Origin: Balanoglossus misakiensis
Taxonomy: Eukaryota; Animalia; Hemichordata
Assembly (NCBI GenBank): GCA_040954595.2
Contig: CM082594.2
Span: forward strand, 4,759,319 to 4,823,318
Direction: 5' to 3'
DNA length: 64,000 bases
In this document: positions 26,451-39,250 of the stretch, piece after piece
Position numbering within the stretch: position 1 is the first letter of the stretch
Layout of the letters: the number at the start of each line of letters is the position of its first letter
Translations under genes and position numbers: made by a program
Notes under the pieces: model-generated
What the model was told of the DNA's origin: nothing
Databases searched by the model: none
What the model saw: only the letters and a program-made list of their open reading frames with translations

Positions 26451-27890
26451 CCATTGTATCAATAGCTGCAACGATATACTAAAGAATCTCTGACTCGTGT
26501 TTTCCTGGGTTTTTGTGCTCGAAAAGTACAGCCAACCAAGTAAAATGATTATTTCAATTAAATGTAATACATTGTGATCGATTAACAAGGCATCTATCGG
26601 CACATACTCAACTTGAACACTCCAGTTGGCGGTTCTTTTGCTTTTATACTGGTGACTCTTTTCATACATCATGATGATCCACCTTTGTACAAAACATGGA
26701 AAATGTACAAACGGATTAAAATCGATAAGTAATCAATGTGATGAAGACACTTTCTGCCCGATTTGCAGAATTATTTGCAGCTTAATTTGAGGTTTCTTTT
26801 CTCCTGGACACACGTGTGTGTCTCCCCCCCCCACACACACACACACCGTGACACATGCACTGAACACACATGCATGTTATCAGATCTCGTCTCGTCTTCC
26901 GCGAGTCTTGCGTGAGAAGTTGTTGTTGTTCATTCTTATTTATTGATTTGATATAAATATATATGGATTGCACATTATTGAGAATGTGTTTTCCGAGACT
27001 TGGCTCTCAGTGGCGGGGAAGAGGGTTACGGGTGGGGGGGGGGGTGAGGAAAAGGGAAACAAATCCAGTCGTCGATATTTTTGCAAGCAAGCATACGTTC
27101 GTAACCTTTGAACATTGTGTTGATATTTTGTTGTGTAATGTGGGACAACTTCTAGTATACGTTCTTTTTCATCTCAACGATCGCGGTGATGTTCCGACAC
27201 CCATGAGTTGAGGTGTAATATGGATAGCGTTTCACGTAAACATTACATTATATGAAAAATGCAGTTTTCCCTGAAAAAAATGTTCAACGTTTAACATCCA
27301 ATATCCATGGACACATTCTCGTCGCGCCCATATCATTTTGTTCAATTCTAATTTCGTTTCGTTTCTTGGAACCGTGTTCGGCCTTGGAAATAGTTTTTGT
27401 CTTTTGATTTTTGGGTCATAATAGAAGACAATGTTTTGGTACGTTTATTAACCGGATGCATCGGTATAAAGAGGTGATAATGTCTCTACTTCGCCAAGCT
27501 ACATGTCGAAACACGAATTTTGAAGATAAGATGTCAAGCATGCACTTTAAATACGCGTAAGGTATAGCTCTCTTTAATAACAATTATGCTACTGTGACGT
27601 TAATTTATTGAAACATGTCACGCACACATTTTAGGATATGCTTAAGTGTATCACAAGTTTGGCTGAATACGTCAGCGTGAGAGTTTTCTATGAAAAAAAC
27701 GTTATCGATTTCAATTCATCGTGCTCGGACACGTTCATACAGGTGGAAAATTAATGTGAAATCCTAACCGACGATAATCAGTGAAAAGGGACTATGCTGT
27801 GGTGGGTTCCAAGTAACTGGACTTTTTGGGGTCATTTCCGCTCGAAACTTGGCATTGCAGTTGTGCAGCTAACATAACGATTAATTTGTT

Positions 27891-27896
27891 TATGTA

Positions 27897-27927
<31 letters not shown>

Positions 27928-27989
27928 ATGTATGTATGTATGTATGTATGTATGTATGTATGTATGTATGTATGCACGCCCGTGTGTCG

Positions 27990-28056
<67 letters not shown>

Positions 28057-28079
28057 AGGAAGGGAGGAAGGAAGGAAGA
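27891..28079. repeat. Compound microsatellite (TGTC)n(TATG)n then (GAAA)n(GGAA)n
   Basis: Directly visible. Confidence 0.97.
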
Positions 28080-29075
28080 AATACACGCGGACACTCACTG
28101 TAGTTTTGAAATACGACGTTCCCATTAAACAAACTCATAACTTTGCTTGTTCGTGAACATAATTATGTCACAGAGCACAGAGAACCGCGCGCATGACAAA
28201 CCAGAGCAAACAAACGCATAATTTTATTTTATGAATTCGATCAACTGATTACCCGTTGTAAATATATATATCATCAGTGAACCACTCGAATGCGTCGGGG
28301 CGTTTTGGGTAAGCGCGCACACAATCCCATAAAAACACGTTATATATGTGTATATGTTTTGGTCCACTTCGGAGCGTACTTTATCAATACTTCGTTAAAA
28401 AGTATATTCATTCGGAAATCGTGATAATAGACTAGATAAGGGAAGATGGGGTATATGTATAACAGACCATGTTTAATGGCCTCATCGATATGGTCATAAA
28501 ATTAATATGGTCGCCGTCATTTCTTTCTTATTTATTTTCTAATCATTTAGTGAAATATGATATTCTTGATGACAACGATAATGACATATTGTACACTACT
28601 AATTACCAATTATTTTTCTCGGTGTCGAAACTTTGACCGTTCGATGCATGTACTATATTAAAACAGAAATATCTGCGCAGTTAGGCGGGACCGTAAAATT
28701 AATCAATTACATGTAGTCAAGTATAAGGTTGTCAAGTATATAGTCAAGGCGCCAAACCAACCCTACCCCAACCCCCCCCCCCCTTGAAATTCTTAAAACT
28801 GAAGTTGTTGAATTTGCTGGGTTCGCGCCACCTATAAACCGAGACAAATCTCACGCGTGTCAAAACGCCACATGAAATTCCGCTGCTGTGCAGCGAATTA
28901 TGTATTCGCATAAGTTATACATTGTAATACAAACTGTAAATATTTCGCTCGGCGCGCACAGCTCGCGTGTTTGGTAACCCCACAGGGCCATTCTGTCCCA
29001 TTAGCATCAGGGCAGTATCCGTTTGATGTCAAAGGTTATCCGTGTGGTCGGGTCAAAATCGTGTATCACATTATA

Positions 29076-29085
29076 AGAGAGAGAG

Positions 29086-29162
<77 letters not shown>
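29076..29162. repeat. (GA)n microsatellite
   Basis: Directly visible. Confidence 0.97.
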
Positions 29163-29167
<5 letters not shown>

Positions 29168-30415
29168 TCCTCTTACAGAAATGCTGATGTAAAACAAGTA
29201 TTGTCTAAAAAGATGACCCAACAGCCATTTCAATTTACATACGCTTACAATTGGTGGGCCGTCCCACGGCAGAGAGTAATACTATAGTTTCCGAAGGAGA
29301 AAGACTGGGCCGCTTTTGTTGGCATTCAGCCGGATGAATGGGCTTCGCGGGGGTCGTAAACGTCTGCCATATCGGAAGTTTTTATTCCAAAGTAGGTCAC
29401 ACGTACAAGCGCCCTATTGCTTGTACTCCTGACCCGGCCAAACAATCGCGCAGCACAACAAGCATCAATCAATCCAGAAACTTTATCGGCACATTCCGTT
29501 ACTATGGGAGACCATTCAAAGGTCACCTTTCAAATAAATCATGGGGCCATCTGAATGGCGGAGACCCCAGGTTGGTTGGACAGTCGGGCAGCGATTATGA
29601 ATACTCGGCCTCACATTTGGGCCAAGCTGCCTTGCACTGTTCTGACTCGATCGCCTGGGCCTGACTAGCCTGTCCTCCATTACTCTACATTGAGTTCTCT
29701 GAGCTCTTTTTAGTACGCTAGTCGCTACCAGCTTTATTTGCAGAATAAATACGGAATAACATGCGCAGTGTCTGTTGTAAAAATAGATGGAAAGTATAGA
29801 TTAGTCATCAGTGTAATTACAATTGTTCGTCGTCACTGGTAGTTCGGTTTATTTTGAGATTTTTCTACTTTTTCATGGCGGGATGACGCGCACGTCGTTT
29901 GCATGGTGACACTGCACTGACAGCTCAGCTCGAGTCGTTTGCTCAAAAACGCATTTGCTGAAAGATGGCGTACTGCAAAAACAACTACATCTTTCCGAGA
30001 CTAGGGGCGCGCACACGATACCGAATACGACTGCCTCTCTCACAAGACTTCAGTGAGCTATGGCTACCGGGGCTGATATATTATATATGATACATCTTTC
30101 GGCGTTCAGCCGTCTCATTCTCTCGGCATCTTGTCAGCGAGCTGGAAACGCCAGTTCAGTAGCTGAAAGGGGCGTGACCACCAGACTTATTGAATTGCAA
30201 TTAGAAAAGGTTGCACTCTATTTTTAGACGACAACCATACGGCGTACAGAGCCATTTTTTACAAGAAGACGATACTGATTCTTGGTTAGGAGGCTCTCTG
30301 AACATAGGTTGAGATAAATACAGATGATATGGTGGGAGAATATTGGAGACACCATTTGCTAAACCCGAATTTCAGTACTGTCAATATCGAGCCACGTTGT
30401 TTATACTGATCTTTG

Positions 30416-30752
30416 TGAATGAAATGTTTTCGCTGAAGCCATACCACAGGCTGTCAATAATATATTAATGATTACAGACGTCGATAACGATTGGTTAACT
30501 GGGGTAGTGTTACTATTTTTATGGTAATTACAAGTCAATAAACCTATTGTGACGTCACCACATTATTGATAAATGCATGACGTCACATTGACGTCACAGG
30601 TTGGTATGGTAACAGCCTGGCCGTGATTGGATAAATTTGTATTGCATATTGATCAATTACTAATTTATTCAATTGATTGACAGCTGTAACAAAAGCACCA
30701 ATGAAACAGGTACATTCATTGAAAATGGACCAATCAGCTGTCAAATTTCAGT
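30416..30752 (+). promoter_or_regulatory. Proximal promoter/enhancer of the PEA3 gene
   Basis: TGACGTCA at 30550, 30578 and 30589; CCAAT/ATTGG at 30490, 30626, 30698 and 30730; TGATTGACAG at 30674; X-box-like GTTGGTATGGTAAC at 30600; TGAATGAA at 30416; located 0.6-1 kb upstream of the ATG. Confidence 0.65.
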
Positions 30753-30962
30753 CAACTGAGATGGCCGATGGATTGCCGATTTCACTGACTGAAACTGCTG
30801 CGTTCGCCCACGTTTGTATGGGGCATTCTATGTGTTAAAATTTGGCCCCGTGGACAGCCTTAACAGTGCATATCTGTCGCTTTTATTTTATAATATTAAT
30901 TTTTATTTCATTCCGAGTGGACCTGAGACGACACGACAGTGGGTCATAATCGAGGTTTGGAG
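30750..30962 (+). other. Candidate non-coding first exon of PEA3 (start uncertain)
   Basis: Donor GAG|GTAAGG at 30962/30963; acceptor tcctacag| at 31338 precedes the ATG exon; splicing these places an in-frame TAA (30947) upstream of ATG 31383. Confidence 0.4.
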
Positions 30963-31382
30963 GTAAGGAGGTGTTTTCGTTTCGGGGCAGTTTTGGCGCT
31001 GTGCTGTGTTGCTCTGCATCGAGCTCAAGCAACTTGTGTATGTAGGCTAATGTGCTTGGCTGTCGTCTGATCGCGTTCAAATGAAAGTGTTTGCCAGCCG
31101 ACCCAATTATGTACAATGCAAAATTACCCTCGAATTGTGTGACTGATGAAGCCTACATGTCAGCGGGTTTACATTCGATGAGTGTCATGTCGATTTGTGC
31201 CACGTTTCTCTGCGATTAGCATCGTTTTCTCCCGGAGTGCCGGCGATGTCGTTGTGGGACTGAGCTAATTACGTATGCAGAATCCATAAGTTGTTTCAGC
31301 ATTCATTCAAAGTTTTGTTTCTTCCCACGATCCTACAGACGTCCTTTTGGGGAGACAGCCCCAAGATTGGGTGACAATCGCT

Positions 31383-31439
31383 ATGGCCAGCCAACTGGAC
31401 AGCTTTTACGATCAAGAAGTGCCTTATTTTTACCCACAG
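31383..31439 (+). CDS. ETV1: PEA3 coding exon 1: MASQLDSFYDQEVPYFYPQ
   Basis: Matches vertebrate MDGFYDQQVPY; donor CAG|gttggt. Confidence 0.85.
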
Positions 31440-31596
31440 GTTGGTATTTCTCCGCACTTTTATTTGACAGATCTCCATCATTATAATTTTGTGCAGATGT
31501 GTGTTTTTTCCGCACGAGCACAGCCGTGCGCCATTTTAAAACTTATACTCAAATTGGTGTCTAATCTTATAAAACTCTCATTGGTTTGACATTCAG

Positions 31597-31696
31597 ACTG
31601 TCCCTGACCAAGATGTGCCTGACGATGACAGAGTAAATAGTGATGACGAGACCCAAGGGGAGAAAAAAGTGGTCGATTTAGAGCAAGATTCCGAAG
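31597..31696 (+). CDS. ETV1: PEA3 coding exon 2: TVPDQDVPDDDRVNSDDETQGEKKVVDLEQDSE
   Basis: attcag| acceptor, |gtgagt donor; ends DLEQDSE, like vertebrate DLAHDSE. Confidence 0.88.
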
Positions 31697-31887
31697 GTGA
31701 GTTTCCGAAAAAAAAGACTTGAGAAAAGTTTTCCAAACTTTATCCTGTTTTGATGATCGAGCAATCGCCAGATTATGGTGACGTTTTCTCGAGACCAGGA
31801 AATTTATTCTTGTTCAAGAAACGAAATTTAAACACAGCAATAATAATTGATTTTCTTCTTCTCACTTCTCTGTATTCATCCGTGAAG

Positions 31888-31935
31888 AATTATTTCAAGA
31901 TTTGAGTCAGTTCCAAGAAGAGTGGTTGGCTGAAG
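31888..31935 (+). CDS. ETV1: PEA3 coding exon 3, acidic transactivation helix ELFQDLSQFQEEWLAE
   Basis: Near identity to vertebrate ELFQDLSQLQETWLAE; 48 nt; AAG acceptor, |gtacgt donor. Confidence 0.93.
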
Positions 31936-32460
31936 GTACGTACGTGAGTGAGTGAGTGAGTGAATTAATTAAAATCTGCCGTTCTCACGGCAGAGCAAAG
32001 GAATCTTAATACAGAGCTGGTTCTAGTTCTGAAGCCCATCATTTTTAACCGTTTCGTTATAAATCAGTGAAATCTAACCAGAAATGTTTGTGAACGAAAA
32101 GAGGTGAGAACAGTGTCTTAAAATGTGGGGGGGGGGGGGATATCCCATTTGTTTGTTGGGGGTTGTATGTTACATGTGTACGTTTCTCCTGCCATTTTAT
32201 TATTTGCGTAAGTCCCCCCCCCCCCTGTAAGGATTATCTAACGTCCCCCTTCAACTTTTAAAACACACACACATATATATACTCAATTGTTTTTTGGAGG
32301 GGTTATAGATATATAGTTTATCAATAGTTGGAAAATATGTTTACTATTATCCAAGGTTTTGGATAATGGTGATTGTATTTACCAGTAACTCTTGAAGCAT
32401 TTTCACTTTAAATGATATGAACCTTAAATGACGTATTCATATTTCTATTTCTCAAAAAAG

Positions 32461-32517
32461 GTTTGGGATATGACAGCGACACAGAAGCTGAGGTGCCGGA
32501 CTTCGAAGGAGAAAATT
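32461..32517 (+). CDS. ETV1: PEA3 coding exon 4: GLGYDSDTEAEVPDFEGEN
   Basis: Phase 1/1, |gtgagt donor; EAEVPDF corresponds to the vertebrate EQFVPD(Y/F) COP1 degron. Confidence 0.85.
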
Positions 32518-32932
32518 GTGAGTAAATTATTTTTCTGGAAAACTTTTTTTGGCTGTGTATCGTGTTGGTATTTCAGTGGATTTGAGTGGATCTTTGCCAG
32601 GTGGTACCCTGACTTGTAATCAAAGCGCTCGGACATGTTATTAAAATGCCAAATGTTGCGGCTTGTGTGTTTTTTGAGAGTCTGGCGGAAAACTGGTCGT
32701 TCAGTCCCTCGTACAACAGTGATACCAGTCGGTTGGGGTTTGTGGTTAAAAAAAGCTTACGTCTGGCGAATTTGTGTAGGTGTCATTGAGTGAGTCTCGA
32801 TGGCTTTCTGCTGGTAGATTTACAACAAATGCCACAAATACCTTGTCAATAAAGACCGTGTATATTGGTGTCAAAATTTAGTCAACCGTTTGAGATGCCT
32901 GAGTGGCAGACGAGCAAACATACTTAATTTAA

Positions 32933-33210
32933 AAGTAGCACGTACCTCGAGGGACAGATTTCAGGCAAATGATCGTGCTCCAAATCTTTTCCCTTCTATG
33001 GTATACTGGGAGGAATTTAAAAAAAGATTGTACGGTGTCCACCATCTTGTTTTCATGGCAACGATTTGAGACAGTTTGGCACTCTAATTGAGAATTTTGC
33101 ATGGCAACCGCAATTTTTAATGGCAATTTTAAGAGAGCATAATTTAAAGTTGCCTTGAATAGAACATGAGGAAACATTTCTGACTTAAACTTTCAAGATG
33201 CATACTACCT
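32933..33210. mobile_element. Degenerate Kolobok-type non-autonomous element
   Basis: TTAA-AAGTAGCACGTACCTCGA ... TCAAGATGCATACTACCT-TCAG: imperfect TIRs with RR..YY ends and a TTAA-like target site. Confidence 0.45.
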
Positions 33211-34384
33211 TCAGCAGGAAGGATATTGGATATTGTTACAGAAAAAAATGCTCAAATGGGTAGTTCATAATTGTGGTTTTTAGCGTTCGCCTGGTGTCTG
33301 ATGTCAGCTAGGAGTAAAAGTCCCAGACGGGACTCGCCATCTTCTTGTTGGTTGAAAGTAACCATTTAAATGTAGATGAAAATTTAAACTGGTTTTGTGA
33401 GTGTAGACAACTCAATTAATGGTTTCTGAGTAACTGTGTGAATGTGTGTCATATTTTTGTCTTGGTAAATGTATTCAAAAAAGGGGTGACCTTGTTCGAT
33501 CCAGTTGTCCGCAATGTGAAAAAAAACACACACATCAGCGCATAGGTGTTTATCGCGTGACCAGTCAATGGGAGGCCATTTTAATATGCAAATTATATTG
33601 AATTTCAATTTAAATGGAATCCTGTATAATAGGCAAGTAAGACGGTCAGGAATTTACATACTCGGCCATTCAGTCTATTGGTCCCGGGCTACCACTGTTG
33701 AGCCACAGAGATCTTTTTAAGTTTTCAATCTCAAAGTTACGACCACAAAACGTCTGTCAGGGTCTGGTTGCCATTTGTGATTAATCTTTTTCACAGGCCG
33801 TTTTTTTAAGAACGACCATCTTGAATATAATGGGACGACCTCCAAATCCACTGAAGTCTAAGGAAACTAAACCGACTCAAATTAATATAACTGTATTTGC
33901 CCTGCGCCGCTAAATCTGAGCCAGTTTTAACAGAAGGTGACGGTTTTAAAGCTTCGGAATTTTGCGTTACTTGGTAACACGATTACGGCTGACAACTTAT
34001 TTACACACATGGGGAAATAATAGATTTTTGCCCGAGCCAAAGGTCAGACCTGATCTGGATGTAAAAATTTAGTGATGGCACAAAGTGGACTGCCAAAGTA
34101 CGCAGACGTTAACGATTAACAGACTCGAACCCGGCTATAAATAATTCAAAAGAAAAATAACATCCTCTCTTAGTAAACATTGTCGAGATAAGATCGGGCC
34201 ACAGGAAAAAAGATATTTGTGTCTGAAGTCCACTTTTAAATAAGGTAGGCCAATAAGTGGCTTTAAAACTGAGCAATGACAATATATTTTGTTGTACTTT
34301 GTCTTAATACTAATCGTCCTTGACAATTAGCTAAGATTAATTTAGACAATCTAATATGTAGATTATGCCAGAAGATCTCAGAAA

Positions 34385-34479
34385 TTGACCCCTTCCACCC
34401 CCCAGTGCCCTCTTTAGTGGTCTATCCTTACCATAGAAAACATTCATTTTGGACTGAACTATGGTGGTCAAAGAGTTAA
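34385..34479 (+). mobile_element. ~90-bp piggyBac-type mini-MITE, diverged
   Basis: ttga-ccccttccacccccagtgccctctttag...accatagaaaac...ggactgaactatggtggtcaaagag-ttaa; same family as 7958. Confidence 0.65.
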
Positions 34480-37383
34480 AGCAGCCATCAGGTACTGTTT
34501 TTGTAGCTCTGTAATGGGTTAAGGCACAAAACCTTTTCTGAGAATTACCCCTGGTCCATGGCATTCTGGCTGTTCATTTTCTCAAATTGTCGCCTTGCAA
34601 AGAAAAAACAGAAGAAAAAAAACCTAGCAGGCAGGAATGTGATGTCACTGACATTCCCTTGAAATCAATAAATCATTGAATGTGATCTTATAGAAATCAG
34701 CATTGATGATAGTTAAAACAGTGCTATAAACACATACCTCTAGTTTTCCTTGGCATGATGAAAAAGAAAGATCTTGCATACTATTCAATTTTTTTTTTAA
34801 GTTTCAAGGTTTTTAATACACTCTGGTGTTTTTGCTGGTCCATTTTGCAATACAGTCACTACTTGGGATGTGTCTAGACATTACCAATGGAGAAATTAAC
34901 CTCAGACCAAGTTGTGTTTTTGTCGCAAAAGCAAGGATGCATAACACATAATTTAATTACAGTGGCCCTATGTAGGCCAGTCTCCACTCAAACTGTTTTG
35001 CTTGAGAGAATTTTCGAGTAACAATTCAGGGTTATATATGATTGCCATTATAAACTATTGAACGTCTGAGAAAGTTGTTTGTCCTTTTTGCTTGTTAATA
35101 TTTAATAGATTTTGTATATTTGTTTCATAGTATTCAGTTGAATTATTGTCCAAAACAATTTCCTCGGGTTGGAAAATACCTTGTCTGTTTGTGCTACCAT
35201 TAAAAATTCTGTCAAATTTTATTTTATAAACACATTCCTCTGAAACATGTTTATTTTTTAAAACAGTGAGTTGATCATGATCTCTTCATTATGAAATGTA
35301 AATTGGGTACTTTTAATTCTTTTAGTTTTATTGGCCTACCTTTGGTTCAGTGTGATTGTTTTCTATATCATGGATGAATCCATGTTCACGGAAGGGGGTG
35401 AAAGGGTACAACTGAGGGGCACCTTTACTGAAAATAAATAAAACAATTTAAAATAAATAATATTGTTCTGCTCTGCCTAGGAATGTTTATTTTCGAAAAC
35501 CGCGAGTAAAAAATTGAAAGAAAATATTTTTCTTTTCCTTTTAAGAATTTGTAAGTATTTTTGTGTGTGGGTTTGTCAATATTACTTGTTCAGAAATTTT
35601 CAGTATATGTAGCATCCATGTGTTATGAAGAAGAGCATTGATTTAGATTGTCATGTGAAGTTAATGAAAAGAACTTAAAATATGTTATTTTAAAATTATT
35701 AGAGATTTTTTTACATGTGGAACTTTGTCTTTGGCCAGTATAATTGTTTTTGCATAGTTTGGAAAGGCTCTGTATTACCCTAAGTGATGATGTTAAAAAG
35801 TTAAATGGGGTTCATGTAGAAACAAAAAATAGAGAATCAACAAGAAAAAATCATGTGCAAATGTTCAACAAAATATGGTATGAACAATGACAAAAATCAT
35901 TCAAACTCTAGCCTCGCATATGTAATTGGTGAAATTCTATCCAGATTCTATTTTCTTGATGAGGGTACAATTAATGATGATTATTTTATAATTAATTTCT
36001 TCTAATGGGGCAATTAAGATAATTACGATTAATATAAGAAGCATCAGGTAATCGTCGATAAAAGATTGGCAGGTTTGGAATCGCATTAGTCCTGTCTGTG
36101 TGGTGTAGAAAGTGCAAGGAAGGGGGGGGGGGGAATACAGGGAGACATGAATATTTAAATGTGGGATTCCGCATGATTATGGGGAGCCTCACTCTGGTCG
36201 GCATGAATGACTTATGTTCAGTAGGCCCCCTAGGTGCTTCATTGGTCTCATTCTTATGCAAAGCGAACTGAGTGGACTACTCGCGTAGTACGGCCCCTAA
36301 TTTGGTTTCATAAGGAGTATTACAAAGGGAAAGCCTGAATCCAGAGTCAAGGTGGCTGATAGCTCACTTGTTAAAAGGAGTCGTCATCTGGTATTGTTTG
36401 TCATAAATTGCTTGTTCAGATTCCCCCTCGGTGGCAAGAATGAATGAGGAGCACCATAGAATATGTACGTTTGTAGCTTTTTTTTACTATTTCCCGTATT
36501 GATATTACATGTACTTTTATTTTTTAACTGTGTTATATGCCAGCCAAGAAGTCAAAAAGGCATATATTGATTGATATGTGGTACTTTCACTTATGTGTTT
36601 ATTTTTTTCTTTTCGTTTATTTTCCCTTGCTGGATGGGGTATCTGTGCTGTGCAAACACGGATGTGGTGTTTTCATTGTCATTGGTGCCTACCATCACTT
36701 TCTATCAACACCATTGGTCTGCGTTGGCTAACTGTTGACAGTGCTGCCTGTTGCGTTACCCAGCGTCTACACTGGAGACCGCGTTTTCATGAATGAGTTT
36801 TTAGGGGGGGTCACATGACATGTCAGTTTACCTGTTGGTCTCGCTCCGTACTTTTTTCCCTGCTTTTCCTGATTTTTTTCACCAGGGAGTGCTAGGATTC
36901 CAGCTTTGATTTGTTTCCAATCAAAATGCAATTTTTGCTTCCATTTATTTCACGATATTTACAAATCACAACAGGTAACAGTGTGAATTTTGACAGCACC
37001 AAGAACCGTATTTGCGGCTTTTAGTTTGTCGCTAAATGCTAGCTGATAAATCATGCTACTTTTTAAATCTTGTTTTTTTCATGTGGAAATATTTGTGCAC
37101 CTTTTGTTCGGACTTCCTCTAACATGTCAGAACAAATATCTGGTTGTTTTGTTCTTACAGTGATCATATTGTTACTTTTCATGTCGTGTGTAACTTCTTA
37201 CGTAACATGTTTTTTTTTCATCGATTTTTTCGAATCTTTTGTATGACTTTCTTGTTTGTTCAGAAATTTTTAATGATATGGTTTCTTTGTAAAAAATGAG
37301 AAAACACTGGTGATTATTAATTTTCACGAATAGAAACCCCGGGACTGAAAATTATTCGTGTCCTCTCTTTGATTTTATTGCAG

Positions 37384-37675
37384 TGCCGTTTAACGTGAAA
37401 ATCAAGACGGAACCCAAGAGTCCGGGATGCCACAAACCGTGCGCCCACATGAGAACGCCGAAATTTACGTTCGACCACAAATTCGAGTACGGTGAGAAAG
37501 CGTTCGTGAACAGCCCCTACGAGCACCAGCCCCCTCCCCCACAGCCGAACAGTTCCCCTCCTGCTCAGGAATCGCCGGGACCGACCACTCACCAACCTCC
37601 ACAGCCCAACTTCAAGGAACAGAACGGAGGCTTCGCATCGCCAACAGAACAGGGCTACCAACCTACAGAAAAAAG
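37384..37675 (+). CDS. ETV1: PEA3 coding exon 5: LPFNVKIKTEPKSP...KFEYGEK...GYQPTEK(R)
   Basis: ttgcag| acceptor; KIKTEPKSP SUMO/MAPK motif and KFxYGEK as in ETV1; donor AG|gtaaag. Confidence 0.92.
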
Positions 37676-38924
37676 GTAAAGAGAGATTTATTTTTTTTCT
37701 ATAAAAAAATAAAACGGATGAAAATTGGTGTAATTTTCCCCTGATAGAAATAATTATCCCCCACTCAAATTGGAGGGCAAAGGCTGTCTAAAGTTACACT
37801 AAAAGTCGTAAAGTAATTTCCAAACAGGAAGGTAGAGGATATTATATTTTTTTCTTCTTTATCATCCATAAATCCGTGTCTCATCAAACAAAAATACACA
37901 AGAAAACAAAATTAAGCATGTAGTGCTGCATCTTTTTACTTGTTATCTGGTAATGTGAGTTGAGAAGGGATTTACTCGAGTCTGTTACTGATCTAGCCAA
38001 CATATGTTCATATGTCTAGTCTCGGAATTAAAATGAATCAAAATAGCTGTCGTACAAAAAATATGGTGTGGAATAGCTTTGGAGTTCTTTGAATATTTTC
38101 TCTGTATATTTGATTCCGCCATGAATGAAGTTTTTACACGTGTGCAGTTTTTTATCGCATTGATCCAAAATCATCGTAACTTGGTTTGTTTGTTGTGTAC
38201 GTCCAGATATGTGTAGTCCGATCGTTATTTCAGTTCATTAGCTTCATCAAAACAGAATATGGAAATTAGCAAAAATGATCTGTCTAATTGAGAATTCCTT
38301 AGAAATGTTTGAACAATAGTCTTTGTGAGTGGGCCGTTGATATTATTCACTGGGATGTGTCTCCCCCGTTTAAAAAAGTTTATGGCCGACCAAGGTTCAC
38401 AGAAACCGCAGCTTTGTCGGTATGTAGTTACGACATATGTAGATGGCGGAATTTGCAAACGTTTTTTTTCTACACCTGTTTTGGTAGTCCCAACAGCTAG
38501 ACTATGTGTGTGGAATTATAATCTCTCTTTTACATGCAACAAGTGATTTGGTTTGGCAAGTCAACCCCTACCCCTCTAAAATTATAGACTCCAGCAGTGA
38601 TTTTACTAAAATAAATATGAAAAAGTTAAAAATAGTATTGATTATAAAACTCTAAAAGGAAAGTTTCATGTTAATAAAAAGCAAAAATAGTCATCACTTG
38701 CTGTATGGACTGTAGCTGAGTAGAGCCACAAATTCAGTGTTGTCAGTGGTGGATGAAATTACATGTGAATTTATTTTTAGCAAAATCTCAGTCTCCGCCT
38801 AAACATATTAAACTGATAAAGCAAAAGAAGATGATGATCATCATCATCATTGTCTGTTCATAGAGCAAATCTCCGCACATACACAAGGAAGTTTAACAAT
38901 GGCGGCTAATTAATTTCTCGTTAG

Positions 38925-39106
38925 ATTCCAAAGACAGGCCTCAGAGCCGTGCTTCCCGGCACCGCCCGAGCAACGGACGTTTCATCGTCAGGCTTCGGAA
39001 CCGGGGTACGGGTCGTTGCGACAGGACTTCAACGGGATCTACGAGAGGCCGCCTCCCTTCCACATCAAGCAGGAACCTCAAGACATCGGTTTTGAATCAG
39101 CAGCAG
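38925..39106 (+). CDS. ETV1: PEA3 coding exon 6: RFQRQASEPC...FHRQASEP...IKQEPQDIGFESAA
   Basis: Two RQxSEP motifs and IKQEP as in ETV1/5; ttag| acceptor, |gtaagc donor. Confidence 0.93.
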
Positions 39107-39128
39107 GTAAGCTATATTTTTATTTTTT

Positions 39129-39250
39129 AGGTCCCATTTGTATAGGTTTATATACCATGGGACCTTATGGGGATGGGTTGCGTCTGTATGGATGTATGGA
39201 TGTATGTCTTTATGTCCGTCCACATCTAAAACTTGAAAACCGCTGCGCGT
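39129..39250 (+). mobile_element. HINE/Helentron-like 5' fragment
   Basis: Inverted repeat AGGTCCCAT(39129)...ATGGGACCT(39165) after a T run, followed by a GTAT/GGAT/GTCC microsatellite. Confidence 0.45.
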
